Below are positions 48,901 to 59,949 of a stretch of 64,000 nt of DNA, one piece after another; positions within the stretch are counted from its first letter, which is position 1; each line of letters begins with the position of its first letter. The position numbers and the translations under genes were made by a program. The notes below the pieces were generated by a model that was not told the DNA's origin, did not search any database, and was given only the letters and a program-made list of their open reading frames with translations. Location: assembly GCA_032718475.1 (NCBI GenBank), contig JAUCBJ010007430.1:61880-125879 (forward strand), read 5' to 3'. This DNA is from Nemertoderma westbladi (taxonomy: Eukaryota > Animalia > Xenacoelomorpha).

Positions 48901-50183
48901 GTGCGTCCAAGCTCGATGTCTTCCTCGAGGTTTTGGATTTCTCTATCGAACTGTGGCAAGGCTAACTCCTTCACCGATTGGACTTGTTGTTGTAATTTAC
49001 GTTTCTCTAAACAATCTTGTGTTCCCTTTCCGATTTTCTGTCGAATGGCGTCTAAAGCGTTTCTTATAACGCTCTCCTCGACTTCCGTGGCGGGTTGCAT
49101 CGGGTTTAATCCTGGACGATTGTAAGGATCAAAGGGCGATATTAGCTGCCCGCGTCCCAATCCGGCTAAGTAGGATGGGCGGATGTCTAACGAACCCACT
49201 ACCGGAGCACCACCGATTAATTGTTCGGGTAACACTAAGTCTTTGAACAGGGAATATAGTTCGGGAGGATCAGTGATACTGTTAGGATCAAGAGTTTGAG
49301 GTCTCACTAGGGAATGAGGAGGCCTGACCGAGTATTCCGGAACTCTGATCATGGGTTTATTCAGTGATCGTTTAAGATGAGCGATCGTGGGTGGTATGTC
49401 GAACAGGTTTCGCTCGAAACTCCCGTAAGTGTAACGCGTAAAACTATGTTTAGCGCAACGTCTCCGCGGATGTTTGTGTCTTTCAGTTTGTTGGTTGGGT
49501 CTAGGGCATTCGTCACAATAATACCAAAGACGTACGTCCTGTAGAGGAAACGCGGGTGAACGTTCTCCAGTTTTGCAATATTCTTCCATTTGTTCAAAAC
49601 TATCCGGGATCACAGGTAGTGGACGATCGGCGGTAAGATACATCATAGTGAAATAGAGCCGTTTGAGTTCTACCACAGGGTCGTGATGTATACCTTGAGG
49701 ATATCGAGTCTCTAAGTTCTGCTGACTAGCGATGTTGAGATAGGTTTCTCTCAAAAATTCTAGGTATTCGTTGAAGTCGATGCGTTTATCCGGTTCTTCA
49801 ACGTTTTCTCTTTCCAGTCTATTACGAATAGAATTTTCGTGATCTATTCTCGGTTTATCGTTACGACTCCGCTGGGTATGATATTTAAATAGAACCATTT
49901 CCCTCTCTGTATCTACATCGTCCGTATCATGTAAATCGATAGGATGGCCGGTCGTTAAGAAGTCCATATACGTACCATTACGATTCATATAGCGAGTGGT
50001 GAATTTTCGATAGTCCAATTCACGCGCAAGTTGCTCTTGGGACATCGGCGGTTCGATATAACGACCATCGTCCTCCGTAATGGTTGGATCGGCTTCACCG
50101 CGTATTAAGCTATCCACAAATGCTTGCAAAGGTAAAGTATATCGCTCCCTAATACCAAGATCATCTTCTATCAACTCCGTCAT
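45931..50183 (-). pseudogene. Full-length ORF2 of B (~1417 aa when repaired): Cys/His motif, coiled coil, DnaQ-like 3'-5' exonuclease, CCHC knuckles, basic tail
   Basis: ORFs 47055..50183 and 45931..47124 are joined by one frameshift near 47140 that is absent from the duplicate at 24581-28515. Confidence 0.82.
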
Positions 50184-51813
50184 ATCTGCTATCTGAGTTT
50201 ATTAATATCAAATAAGTTTATATTTAGGCGAGCGGGCGTCGCTGCCTACTTCTCTTTGCCCCCGGACAGTGGGATTCTCAGCGCCGATGTACCGTCGTCG
50301 CGGTGTTTACGCCAACATGTAGCAACAGCACGACAACGATAACCGGCACAAGTCACTCCACTGTCCGTCCCAAAGGCTTGGATCCACTTAGGTTCTTTCT
50401 ATAGGAGAGTTGGGCTACTTTTACAATTGCGACTAGCTACTGTAAACATACTTTAGCAGTAACATTCACCTATAAACGTACAAATTCCACATAACTGTCA
50501 CCAACTGCACACATACAGGCCATTTGTCCGTTAGTCAGTGCCTTCCAGAATGTCACGTTATTACTGTGTATCCTTGGATACTAGCAGTGTGCTATATATT
50601 CTCTATGCTATGCAATGGGACAAGCTTTCTATTGTTCTTTTAACTTGCTTCTAATTCTAGCGTGGGTGTTGCTATGGTGACATTATGGAATGCTAGCGGT
50701 AGAATTAGGGTAATTCTCATGCATACAGATCTGGAATGCTATTTAATAATAATTCTTTAATTGTCAATAATATCCTCTTTATGTATGATTTTATTAATTT
50801 TATCGGCTATTGACTATATGTTGGAGATTCTCGCACTCTAATACACTCAATAGGGTGAATCTCCGCTCCCATGATCTATTAATTAATGGAATTTTGGGAA
50901 TGTTATAAATTGCGCAAAATGACAATTGATGAAATTCATTTAAAATATGAATTTAAATTTATTCCCGTGAATTTTATTATTTGATGTTAAAATTGACACA
51001 ATTTTTATTCCAGAGCATGTCTGGGGACATAGGATCCTTAATTCTATGACAATTGTCTTTTAAGCGTATCGGTAAGTGCTGCGATATCTTAATTGACTAG
51101 AAATTTAAAGGATCTGAATTTTACAGATTTTACTAAATATTAAATTAATATTTAAGATGGGCACCGATTTATTCCAGAACTTGTCTGGGGACGTTAACCA
51201 CTGATTCTAGAATTTGTCTTTCAAGTATATCGGTGGGTGCCGCGATATCTTAATGGACTAGAATTACAGATGGTCAAAGGTTTAACAGATTTATTTGCGT
51301 TTTACGCTACTGTTAGAGGGACTTCACGCTACTATATGTATTATTTAATATAAGATAGAAGAGCAATATCGCACGAAGCAATGTCAGTGTGAAGAGGCAA
51401 GTCGTTTCCAAGGTCTACCCAGAGCTTGGTTTAGCTGAGACACGAGGATCTGAACTTTGCATTCCTAATACTCTGCCTACCAATAATACTTGAATATAGT
51501 AGTGGCTTTATTGTACTTTAAGAAGTACTGACATTTCATCTTACTGTAGTCACGTATTTATAATATGATACGGACAGTAAGGAAAGAGAAAAAATAATTA
51601 TTTTCTCGCCGTCGCACTAAATATATATTATAAGTAATTACGTACGTAATAAACACTAATATATCGCACTAAACCACTAAATAATCACTAAAACAACATT
51701 CTACTAAATAAAATTGAATAAAAACGATTATAATAAAGTACATAATAAAGTTCGCATATAAAAATATAATAAAATAGATAAAACAATATAGTCATACACC
51801 CACTCCAGACGTA

Positions 51814-54800
51814 TCACGTTGGGGAGTCCCTAGATGTTTGAGGAATTAGGGAGGTGGTCGTGGGAAGGGTATCTTGCCTTCCATAGTTTCCAGAGAGTTC
51901 TCTGTCTCTTTCCAGTAAACATAAACGACCAACTGGGCGATTGAGTTGTTGCGTCTCAAAGATTATGCCTGGCTTCTTGAAGTTACGCCGCATGACGACA
52001 AGTTCTACTGAGCGCACTAAACCATCATCCGAGATGTGAGTCTCGATGATACGACCTGTCTGCCACTGTTTACGTGGGAGGTCTGGATCTACAATAAGCA
52101 CCATATCTCCGGCGCTGACGTTTTCTTGCTGCGCAAACCACTTAGTTCGAAGTTGTAGCATGGGCAGATAATGTTTCTCGAAATGGTCAGCGAAACGACG
52201 GGATAGCAACTGCATAAGTTGCCAAGTTCGACGGCAGTATTCGTCTCCGTCGGCAATCTCCGATCGTGGGAGCATGGCTACAGGTTTCTTCAGTAGGAAG
52301 TGCGCGGGTGTTAGCGCTTCCAGGGAATCGGGACTCGATGAGACTGGCATAAGCGGTCTCTCGTTGAGATAGGCAGCGATTTCCTCCATTAATGTCCGCA
52401 AAAGTTCGTCGGTGAGATATGCGCGGCATGGCACTATAAAGTGAAATGCGGTTTTGACAATTCGAATTAATCTCTCCCAACTTCCTCCCCACCAAGGGGC
52501 GTCGGCGGCGTTGAAGGTCCAGCTAGATGCTGTTATCCTTAGCTGGTCGTCCACCTGTCTTTGGTTCCAGTCCTTCACGTAAGCCTGTATTTCGTTGTTG
52601 GCACCAATGAAGTTCGTTCCCTTATCCGATCTCATGGTATTACTCGTCCCGAAGCGAGCGATCTGTCGTCGTAAACTTAAGACGAAGCTGTTGGTAGATA
52701 GATCGTTCACCATATCGAGATGGATGGCTCTACAAGTCATGCACACGAAGATGACACACCATCTCTTGACTATAGTCCTCGCACGATATACTTCAATAGG
52801 GCCAAATAAATCTACACCAGTATTAGTAAAAGGTGGTTCATAGAAGCTTACTCGTTCCCTAGGTAATTCTGCCTCTCGCTGTGTTAAAGGCCTACTGAAT
52901 GCTTTCCTACAGGGTATGCAGTTCCTAAGAACTTGGTTCAGAGCTCTACGGGGTTTATCAAAATAATAGCGAGTTCGAATTTCGCTAAGAATTCGTTCTC
53001 TACCAGCATGATAAAGTTTACTGTGAACATCTACAATCATCTTGATTTGTACTTCAAGATTTCTAATAAGTATGGGGAATTTGGTGTCAAAGGATAAGGG
53101 CGCGTTGGTGAGTCTTCCTCCAACACGTATTAACCCATCTATCATTGTGCTCGAGAATCGATCCCTTAAGCGCATCTGCGGATTTCTCAACAATAGGAAA
53201 TACTTTTCAGAATCCTCATAGCATTGCAGGAGTCTCAGTATCTGCCTATTGGTTTCTTCATGCTCCTGGTGACTAATTTTCTCCTTTAGAAAACGGTCAG
53301 ATGTCTTATATTTGGGTAAATTTTTAATAACATGAACTTGTGCAGATGTCAATGGAGCGGTATCACTAGTGGTCTTCGTCCTGGAGTAGTGATGATGAAA
53401 ACATCGTCTTAAATATGTGACGGCTTTACAGAGCCGATTCCAGGAACTGTAATGATGCATTGCTCTCTGCAGCATGGGTGAGATTCCTTGCGAGACGTCT
53501 GGTATTCCAGATTTCCAATCTTTATCTCTAATTTCCACAACAGACTTATTTGTGTTGAGGGATTGTGGATCCGAAGCATCATTCCCGGAAGTATGTAATA
53601 CAGATAGATCGATAGTCGGTTTAAATAACTTCGATTTACTCGCCCGGGTTTTAGGTTTGACTGTCTCCGCTCCCTTGGCTTGTCTAATCTCCGCCGTAGT
53701 AAGGTGAGGAGGCCATTCATCCTCTTCCTTGCTCAGGAAGTCGGGTCCACCCAACCAATCTGGAGTATCTATCAGTTCCTGTGGAGTTGCTCCCCTGGAG
53801 GCGATATCGGCTGGATTAATCGTACCAGGGCAATGTCTCCATTGTTCTATCTTTGTGCGACTAAGAATAATAGCTACCCTGTTAGTAACAAAAACGCTGA
53901 ACTGACAGACTTCATTGGTTAGATATTCCAACACGAGTAAAGCGTCAGTCCAATAAACCGTTTTCTCCAGTGGATAGTCGATTTGTTCCGTTACGTTCCG
54001 GCCGATGGCTGTAGCGTATAAAGCCGCCTTTAACTCCGCTCGAGGAACCTTTAACTTGTTATTAATCAATGCCTTAGAGGTAACCAAGGCGACTTTGATT
54101 CCATCCGGGGTTTCGACTCGCAGATATGCTACTATACCTATTCCCATGTCGCTGGCGTCTCCAAACACATGGAGTTGATAGGAATACGTAGGAATAACAT
54201 GGCCAAAATATGCACGGGAAATTGTAAAGTTCTCGATGGCAGGTAGAGAATCTTCCCATTTCATCCATTTCTTTAACAATTCCCCCTTAAGCGGATCGTC
54301 CCATGAGTGGTTTTCAAGCCACATTTGTTGTACTAAACTCCGAGCAATCAATATAACTGGGCTTATAAATCCCAATGGGTCGAAATAAGTGCTCAGGATA
54401 CTTAAACAAATCCGTTTGGTCCGAACTGGATTATCTCGCTGTTTTAACTGAAAAAACAGGATGTCTCTTTCAGTGTCCCACTTCAAGCCAAGCGTCTTGG
54501 TTTCAGGAAGATCGTCCTTTATTAAGTCTAGGTCTTTCGCTCCTCGGTCTGCTACCGGTATCGCTTCCAGAAACTCACGGGAGTTGCTGGTGAATTTCGT
54601 CAGTCGAAATCCACCTCTTTTCAAACACTCTACCATTCCTTTTGCGACATCTATGGCTTCTTCTACTGATGGAAGGGACCTTAAATTGTCGTCCATGTAT
54701 ATATTCCGTTTGATGTTGTCTATCACCTCTTTTGAGAAGGAGTCTCGGTTGTCATTCGCAGTGGTTCGCACCACGGAGCAGGCGTTGGAAGGGCTTGATA

Positions 54801-57800
54801 TGATTCCAAAAGCCTGGATGGTCATCCAGTACTCTACCGGTTTCTGATTGAGGTCTCCTTCCGGCCACCACAGAAATCTCAGGCTGTCTCTATCTCTATC
54901 CAGCGCCTTGACTTGTAAGAACATTCCTTCTATATCGGAGGCGAACGCGATGGAATATTGTCTTAATCTTAAAAGTATTCCCAACAAAGATTGGAGTAAG
55001 TTGGGTCCTGGTAACAACTCGGAATTGAGGGATTGGCCCATATATAGGGCGGAGCCATCGAATACGACTCGGACTTCATGGGGTTTACCGGGTTTGGGAA
55101 CGTAATGATGTGTTAAGTAATACGTTCTCTCAGTCACTGGTGTTCCTTCCGGTACTCGCTCCGCGTATCCCTTTGTTATAAATTTCTTCAGCTGAGTTTG
55201 GTACATTTCTTTAGCTGAAGTATTAGCCGTAAGGCGTCGATGTAATTGAGCGATTCTTTTCTCTGCCAAGGGTCTGTTATTTATAAATCTAGGTTCTCGT
55301 TTTCGAAATGGTAGGCCGATTTCATATCTACCTTGTTCCTTTAAAAAACGTGTAGTTGTTTCCTGGATTTGCTTGGCTCTTTCTTCTTCTATCGATAGGG
55401 CCTTATCATATGAATTGGGCTCTACCAGTTCTTGGGTAAAGAATCGTACGGCTAGTTCGTCCCGAGTTCTAGCGTTGCAGCGCTCTATCTCATCATTTAG
55501 TTCGTCACTGTAAGCGATGGGTTCCGATGGGTGAATCAGTTGACATAGGTTTACCTGATTTTTCCAAGTTTGGTTTTCTGTAAGTAGGTCGATGGTGTTC
55601 TCTTGATCGAAGAGTTGGTAGATGTCGTCATTATCTGAAGAGTATGGTGTTTCCTCAGTTAGTTCATCCACCTCACTGCTCTCCTCGCTCCAATCACTCA
55701 CCTGGTATACTCGTTCTTGTGGCCTTCTCTCTTCGAGAGTCCTGCGGGAAGGGCCAGTAAAGTACCAACCTACTCTAGTTCTTACCGCATAGGTTTGCAG
55801 TGGCTGCGGTTGAGCAGGCCGTTTCTCTAATGTTTCGAGCGCCTCGTGCGCGTTTTGGCCGATGAGTATTTGCACTCCAGGATAATCTGTCTGGAATCGA
55901 GGTATCTTAAGATGTTGGATGCTCTCATCCTCGTCCCAATTATAAAGGTCTGCTTGAGTAGTAGCGAAGTTCTTTATAGCCACCATTTTTACCGACCTTA
56001 TACCTTGTGCTCCTAACTTATCCTGGGGGGTGGACAACACACCTACATAGTAATCTGCCGTTAGGGTAGATTTCCAAACCTGCATAATTCCTGACATATT
56101 CAATTTAGTCCGGAATTTGGGTTGTCCAGCAAAGATATCTTCGGCTAATTCTTGATCGATGAATGTTCCTGTGCTGCCGGAGTCAAGGAGTGCGTTCACT
56201 ATGTAACTGTGGTTAGGACCGTGAACTCTTACCTGCACTACAGGAAATTCTCTGATTCCTACGTTGGAAGTTGGAGCTTTCCAAGATGGTTGTTTGGCAA
56301 AAGTAGTTGGGGGAAACTCATTGTTGGTGTCCTTTTCATAAGTAAGTGCTCGATACACTGCGGTATTGATTAGATAACAGGATTCGTTGGCGTCGGAGAA
56401 TTCGTCAGTATAGAATCCTTCCATCTCAGACTCCTGATCAGTGTCATTTACATCACTGAATTGGACATGTAGTTCGGGCTCACTTACCTGACTCTGTTTG
56501 TCTCGTTCGAACTCACTGTGTAACAAGATGTGATGTTTCGCGCCACACTTTGCACACTTTATGTCGGAGTAACAGGTTCGCCGTTGGTGTCCTGGTCTGA
56601 GGCAATTATAGCATAACCGCTTATCCCACACGACTGCACGTCTGTCTACAAGGGATTTCTTTAGAAATTCAGCACACGCACTCAAACGGTGGGTCCCGTC
56701 GCACAGCGCACAGTTAGGTTTTATGTTACTCACTTTACCTTGGGTAACTTGATGCACTCTCGTTTTTTCTTCGGGTTTTCTTCGGTGCATTCTGTTAGGA
56801 GACTGAGGAGGGGTCTTGGCAACCTGTTCTCTCCTATCGTTGTTTCGAGCCTTGTATTTACTTACGTCTTTTGAGGTTTTGTCAACGTAGTAAGATCGAT
56901 CAGTGTCTTTCCCGCTGTCCTCTTCTTGAGAAGCTTGGCTTTCGCCGTCGTCAGTGTAACACACCGGTGTTACTCTTCTCCTAGAAGCGGGTTTCTCACT
57001 TACCTTATTTTCCGATGTTTTCTCTCTGGACTGCTTGATGAGTTGTAGTTTTACTTCACCATCTAAGAAGGACATGAGATCGGTCATGGTAGGGCTTCGT
57101 CGTTGTTGTTCATTCATGTACAACACTTTCTTGTCCCAACGTGTACATACTCCACCCTTGGGTAAAGTAGAGACTACTGCTCCAATAACCATGGAACTCT
57201 GATATTCATGAGACTTACCTAACCAGTCCAATTGTCTACAGATTTCCTGAATTTCATCGGAAAACTCTATAATCCCGCTACTAAGGAAGTGTCGGGGGGC
57301 TACTAATTTTGCATACAAATACTTAGCTATGTTATCCTTGTTACCATACCTGATGTTTAATGTATCCCATACTTGTCTTAATCCTTCTGGATGTCCAATA
57401 AACTTTAACGCCATTAACCTGGGAGGTCCTTCCAAGCACTTGATGAGGAACCTAAGTTTCTCTCCGTTAGATAGTACAGAGTTTTGTATGCTATCTTTGT
57501 AATATTCGTTGAAAGGTAACCATTTCATCTCATCTCCATTGAATTTGACGATCTCTCCCACTTTGACCGCTTGGCGGGCTTCTGTTCTAGCCATCTGACG
57601 CGTAAAGCTTTCTTGGGCCATCGTGTTATTTAATATCGAATTATCGGTATATAAATTTCTCGGATCATTGTCAGGTCTATAGGGGATATCATTAATAACA
57701 GGTCTATAATCACCCTTAATAGGGTTTGCTATAGGAGTTTCTACTTCACTAGCAGTATAGATGCGTGTAGGCTCCACACCTTGCGCATGTAATACTTCAG

Positions 57801-59949
57801 ACCTAACAGGTTGACACAATTTTACAGGGGGTATTGGTATCCCTTTTTGGATATTGACTAATTTGTCGCGTTCTAGCGCGATACTTTGCTGCACTTCTTG
57901 CAATTCGGCCCTACCTTCCCTTACTGTTCCCTTAAGTTGGTAGACAGTCTCCTGCATCTGTCCGAGCAGGAGATTCATCCCCCGCCGTCCCTCCTCTACC
58001 CACTCGACCGCCGAAGCGGGAGTCGCCAACATTGTAGCGGGCTGACGTGGGACGACGGGAGACAAATCTTTGATTTCTCTCTCAGCTTCCAGGACAGGGA
58101 TATTCTCATGGACTGTTCTACCGGGCACAGGCAGTGTAGTACTGTGTAAAGGGAATTTAGAGTTAAGCTCTGGAAGTACAGGGGTCTCTAACACAGGAGT
58201 GACTTTGGGAACGACAGGCCTAATTATTTCAGGCTCATCAACTATAGTAGGGAGTCTTTTGACCTTAATAATTTGGTCTGTAGGTTCTATACTACTCAAG
58301 TCTGTGCTAGCTAGTTGTCTTCTAACAGCTGGGGGCAAATCAGGCAATTTGTGACGGTAAGATGTTTTTCTACGCCTGCTTAGACGAGATCTATTTCCTC
58401 CGCCTTCAGGATCGGTGGTTTCGCTTTCCTCCGATGACGTATATCCCTGGCGTTTGGGAGTAGATTTTCTCATCATCTGCATGTGACTAGCAGTTAACTG
58501 TTTATTTATGTTGTCTTGCGTCTCTTGCAGATTTTCCAACTCCAGTTGGGTAGTCTCCTCAGAGGCTCTCCGTTCTGCTTCTGCCACTGCCTTTGCTGCT
58601 GCCACAGTCGCTTTTCTTTCTGCTTCGGCTTCTGCCGCCGCTGCCTTTCTTTCTGCTTCTGCTTCTGCCGCCGCTGTTACTCTTTCTGCTTCTGCTTCTG
58701 CCGCCGCTGTTACTGCAGCTGCCTTTCTTTCTGCTTCCACTTCGGCCATTGCCGCTGTTACTGCAGCTGCCTTTCGGTCCTCTATCCTTTTTTTCTTTAC
58801 TAGTTCTTCTTGGACTCTAGTGAGGCGGAGTTTTTCATCAAACTCAGCTTGGTTAGCAGCTAACATTTCAGCATCGATTGAGTCTAACACACGCTGGGTT
58901 CCTTCACTATTAGGGGAAAGTCCAGACAGCCGTCTCCTCAACTCTTCGTCTCCTAGGAATCGCTGATAGTCGGACAGATATATGTCGATGGCGTCTCTCG
59001 TTCGTGGTCTCTCTGCGGTCTCTTCGCCTTCCACTTGAGAAAGGGTGGCATCGGTTGGTTCTTCATAGGTTAGTCTCTCAGACAGCTGGGATTTCCACTG
59101 GTCCGTTTCTTGTACTTTGAGACCTACCCGCTGGAACCAAGTTTTGACAGCAACTTGCAGCGACGTGTCCTGTCTTCTTTTGGAAGTTTCCTCAAAGGCT
59201 GATAGGATTAGTCTAATGCGTAGGGTTCTTTCGCGTACTTGATATAGCAGCTCTTCCTGCTCTTGAGGTCCTTGGGGTTGTCGAAACAGTTGTTCTTCCA
59301 ATCGCTCCAAGGAGCCGAAGAATCCCTGCACATATCCTGCTGCCGACCTCTTCCAAACAGCTGGATCCATTGTATCTTTAGTCACTCCCATCCTGTATAT
59401 ATCCTCCCAAGTGGCCTCGGACAAATCTAGCGGGAGTCCGGGTCCGGGAAAGTTCCATTGTGACTCGACAATAGACATCAATTCTTCCCTGGCGTATCCC
59501 GCATAATTGTCTTGGGTCGCTCGCTTATTTCTCGCCCAATCGGCTTGATGTTCCTCCACCGCAATCAATATAGTAGTTAGCACTGCGGCAGGAAGGGTGA
59601 GAAGGGGGTCCGAGTAGGCTTTAGCCGCCATCTGCAATCCGCGTTCGGGGGTCAGCTCGACAGTATCCGAATTACTGGAGCTATCGGATCGCTGGGAACA
59701 AGTTTCTTGACTAGGCTGTTGCTGCGGTGGGACAGCTGCTTCCTGGTTCCGTTTGACTTGGGCCCGAGTGCCGATGATAGACCTATGGTGTTGGATTAGC
59801 TTAGGGTCTGATACTACTACTGGAGGGATGACCTTTCTTTCAGTAGGAGGTGAGCTGAACTCCTTTCTTAATCGCTCCACACTCCTATCTGTGTCACAGA
59901 TGGTTGTATCGATTAGACTGTCTGATAGGTTTTGCTGGGTGTCAGACAT
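51814..59949 (-). CDS. gag-pol: Intact Bel/Pao gag-pol polyprotein (2711 aa)
   Basis: Single ORF: three Gag knuckles, LLDSGS, SDIEGMFLQV, IYMDD, VFGDAS, VPRAELKAA, NPADIASRG, HAGRE...CIPC, GVDLFGP, SDKGTNF, WERLIR. Confidence 0.97.
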   Translation of the reverse strand: MSDTQQNLSDSLIDTTICDTDRSVERLRKEFSSPPTERKVIPPVVVSDPKLIQHHRSIIGTRAQVKRNQEAAVPPQQQPSQETCSQRSDSSSNSDTVELTPERGLQMAAKAYSDPLLTLPAAVLTTILIAVEEHQADWARNKRATQDNYAGYAREELMSIVESQWNFPGPGLPLDLSEATWEDIYRMGVTKDTMDPAVWKRSAAGYVQGFFGSLERLEEQLFRQPQGPQEQEELLYQVRERTLRIRLILSAFEETSKRRQDTSLQVAVKTWFQRVGLKVQETDQWKSQLSERLTYEEPTDATLSQVEGEETAERPRTRDAIDIYLSDYQRFLGDEELRRRLSGLSPNSEGTQRVLDSIDAEMLAANQAEFDEKLRLTRVQEELVKKKRIEDRKAAAVTAAMAEVEAERKAAAVTAAAEAEAERVTAAAEAEAERKAAAAEAEAERKATVAAAKAVAEAERRASEETTQLELENLQETQDNINKQLTASHMQMMRKSTPKRQGYTSSEESETTDPEGGGNRSRLSRRRKTSYRHKLPDLPPAVRRQLASTDLSSIEPTDQIIKVKRLPTIVDEPEIIRPVVPKVTPVLETPVLPELNSKFPLHSTTLPVPGRTVHENIPVLEAEREIKDLSPVVPRQPATMLATPASAVEWVEEGRRGMNLLLGQMQETVYQLKGTVREGRAELQEVQQSIALERDKLVNIQKGIPIPPVKLCQPVRSEVLHAQGVEPTRIYTASEVETPIANPIKGDYRPVINDIPYRPDNDPRNLYTDNSILNNTMAQESFTRQMARTEARQAVKVGEIVKFNGDEMKWLPFNEYYKDSIQNSVLSNGEKLRFLIKCLEGPPRLMALKFIGHPEGLRQVWDTLNIRYGNKDNIAKYLYAKLVAPRHFLSSGIIEFSDEIQEICRQLDWLGKSHEYQSSMVIGAVVSTLPKGGVCTRWDKKVLYMNEQQRRSPTMTDLMSFLDGEVKLQLIKQSREKTSENKVSEKPASRRRVTPVCYTDDGESQASQEEDSGKDTDRSYYVDKTSKDVSKYKARNNDRREQVAKTPPQSPNRMHRRKPEEKTRVHQVTQGKVSNIKPNCALCDGTHRLSACAEFLKKSLVDRRAVVWDKRLCYNCLRPGHQRRTCYSDIKCAKCGAKHHILLHSEFERDKQSQVSEPELHVQFSDVNDTDQESEMEGFYTDEFSDANESCYLINTAVYRALTYEKDTNNEFPPTTFAKQPSWKAPTSNVGIREFPVVQVRVHGPNHSYIVNALLDSGSTGTFIDQELAEDIFAGQPKFRTKLNMSGIMQVWKSTLTADYYVGVLSTPQDKLGAQGIRSVKMVAIKNFATTQADLYNWDEDESIQHLKIPRFQTDYPGVQILIGQNAHEALETLEKRPAQPQPLQTYAVRTRVGWYFTGPSRRTLEERRPQERVYQVSDWSEESSEVDELTEETPYSSDNDDIYQLFDQENTIDLLTENQTWKNQVNLCQLIHPSEPIAYSDELNDEIERCNARTRDELAVRFFTQELVEPNSYDKALSIEEERAKQIQETTTRFLKEQGRYEIGLPFRKREPRFINNRPLAEKRIAQLHRRLTANTSAKEMYQTQLKKFITKGYAERVPEGTPVTERTYYLTHHYVPKPGKPHEVRVVFDGSALYMGQSLNSELLPGPNLLQSLLGILLRLRQYSIAFASDIEGMFLQVKALDRDRDSLRFLWWPEGDLNQKPVEYWMTIQAFGIISSPSNACSVVRTTANDNRDSFSKEVIDNIKRNIYMDDNLRSLPSVEEAIDVAKGMVECLKRGGFRLTKFTSNSREFLEAIPVADRGAKDLDLIKDDLPETKTLGLKWDTERDILFFQLKQRDNPVRTKRICLSILSTYFDPLGFISPVILIARSLVQQMWLENHSWDDPLKGELLKKWMKWEDSLPAIENFTISRAYFGHVIPTYSYQLHVFGDASDMGIGIVAYLRVETPDGIKVALVTSKALINNKLKVPRAELKAALYATAIGRNVTEQIDYPLEKTVYWTDALLVLEYLTNEVCQFSVFVTNRVAIILSRTKIEQWRHCPGTINPADIASRGATPQELIDTPDWLGGPDFLSKEEDEWPPHLTTAEIRQAKGAETVKPKTRASKSKLFKPTIDLSVLHTSGNDASDPQSLNTNKSVVEIRDKDWKSGIPDVSQGISPMLQRAMHHYSSWNRLCKAVTYLRRCFHHHYSRTKTTSDTAPLTSAQVHVIKNLPKYKTSDRFLKEKISHQEHEETNRQILRLLQCYEDSEKYFLLLRNPQMRLRDRFSSTMIDGLIRVGGRLTNAPLSFDTKFPILIRNLEVQIKMIVDVHSKLYHAGRERILSEIRTRYYFDKPRRALNQVLRNCIPCRKAFSRPLTQREAELPRERVSFYEPPFTNTGVDLFGPIEVYRARTIVKRWCVIFVCMTCRAIHLDMVNDLSTNSFVLSLRRQIARFGTSNTMRSDKGTNFIGANNEIQAYVKDWNQRQVDDQLRITASSWTFNAADAPWWGGSWERLIRIVKTAFHFIVPCRAYLTDELLRTLMEEIAAYLNERPLMPVSSSPDSLEALTPAHFLLKKPVAMLPRSEIADGDEYCRRTWQLMQLLSRRFADHFEKHYLPMLQLRTKWFAQQENVSAGDMVLIVDPDLPRKQWQTGRIIETHISDDGLVRSVELVVMRRNFKKPGIIFETQQLNRPVGRLCLLERDRELSGNYGRQDTLPTTTSLIPQTSRDSPT

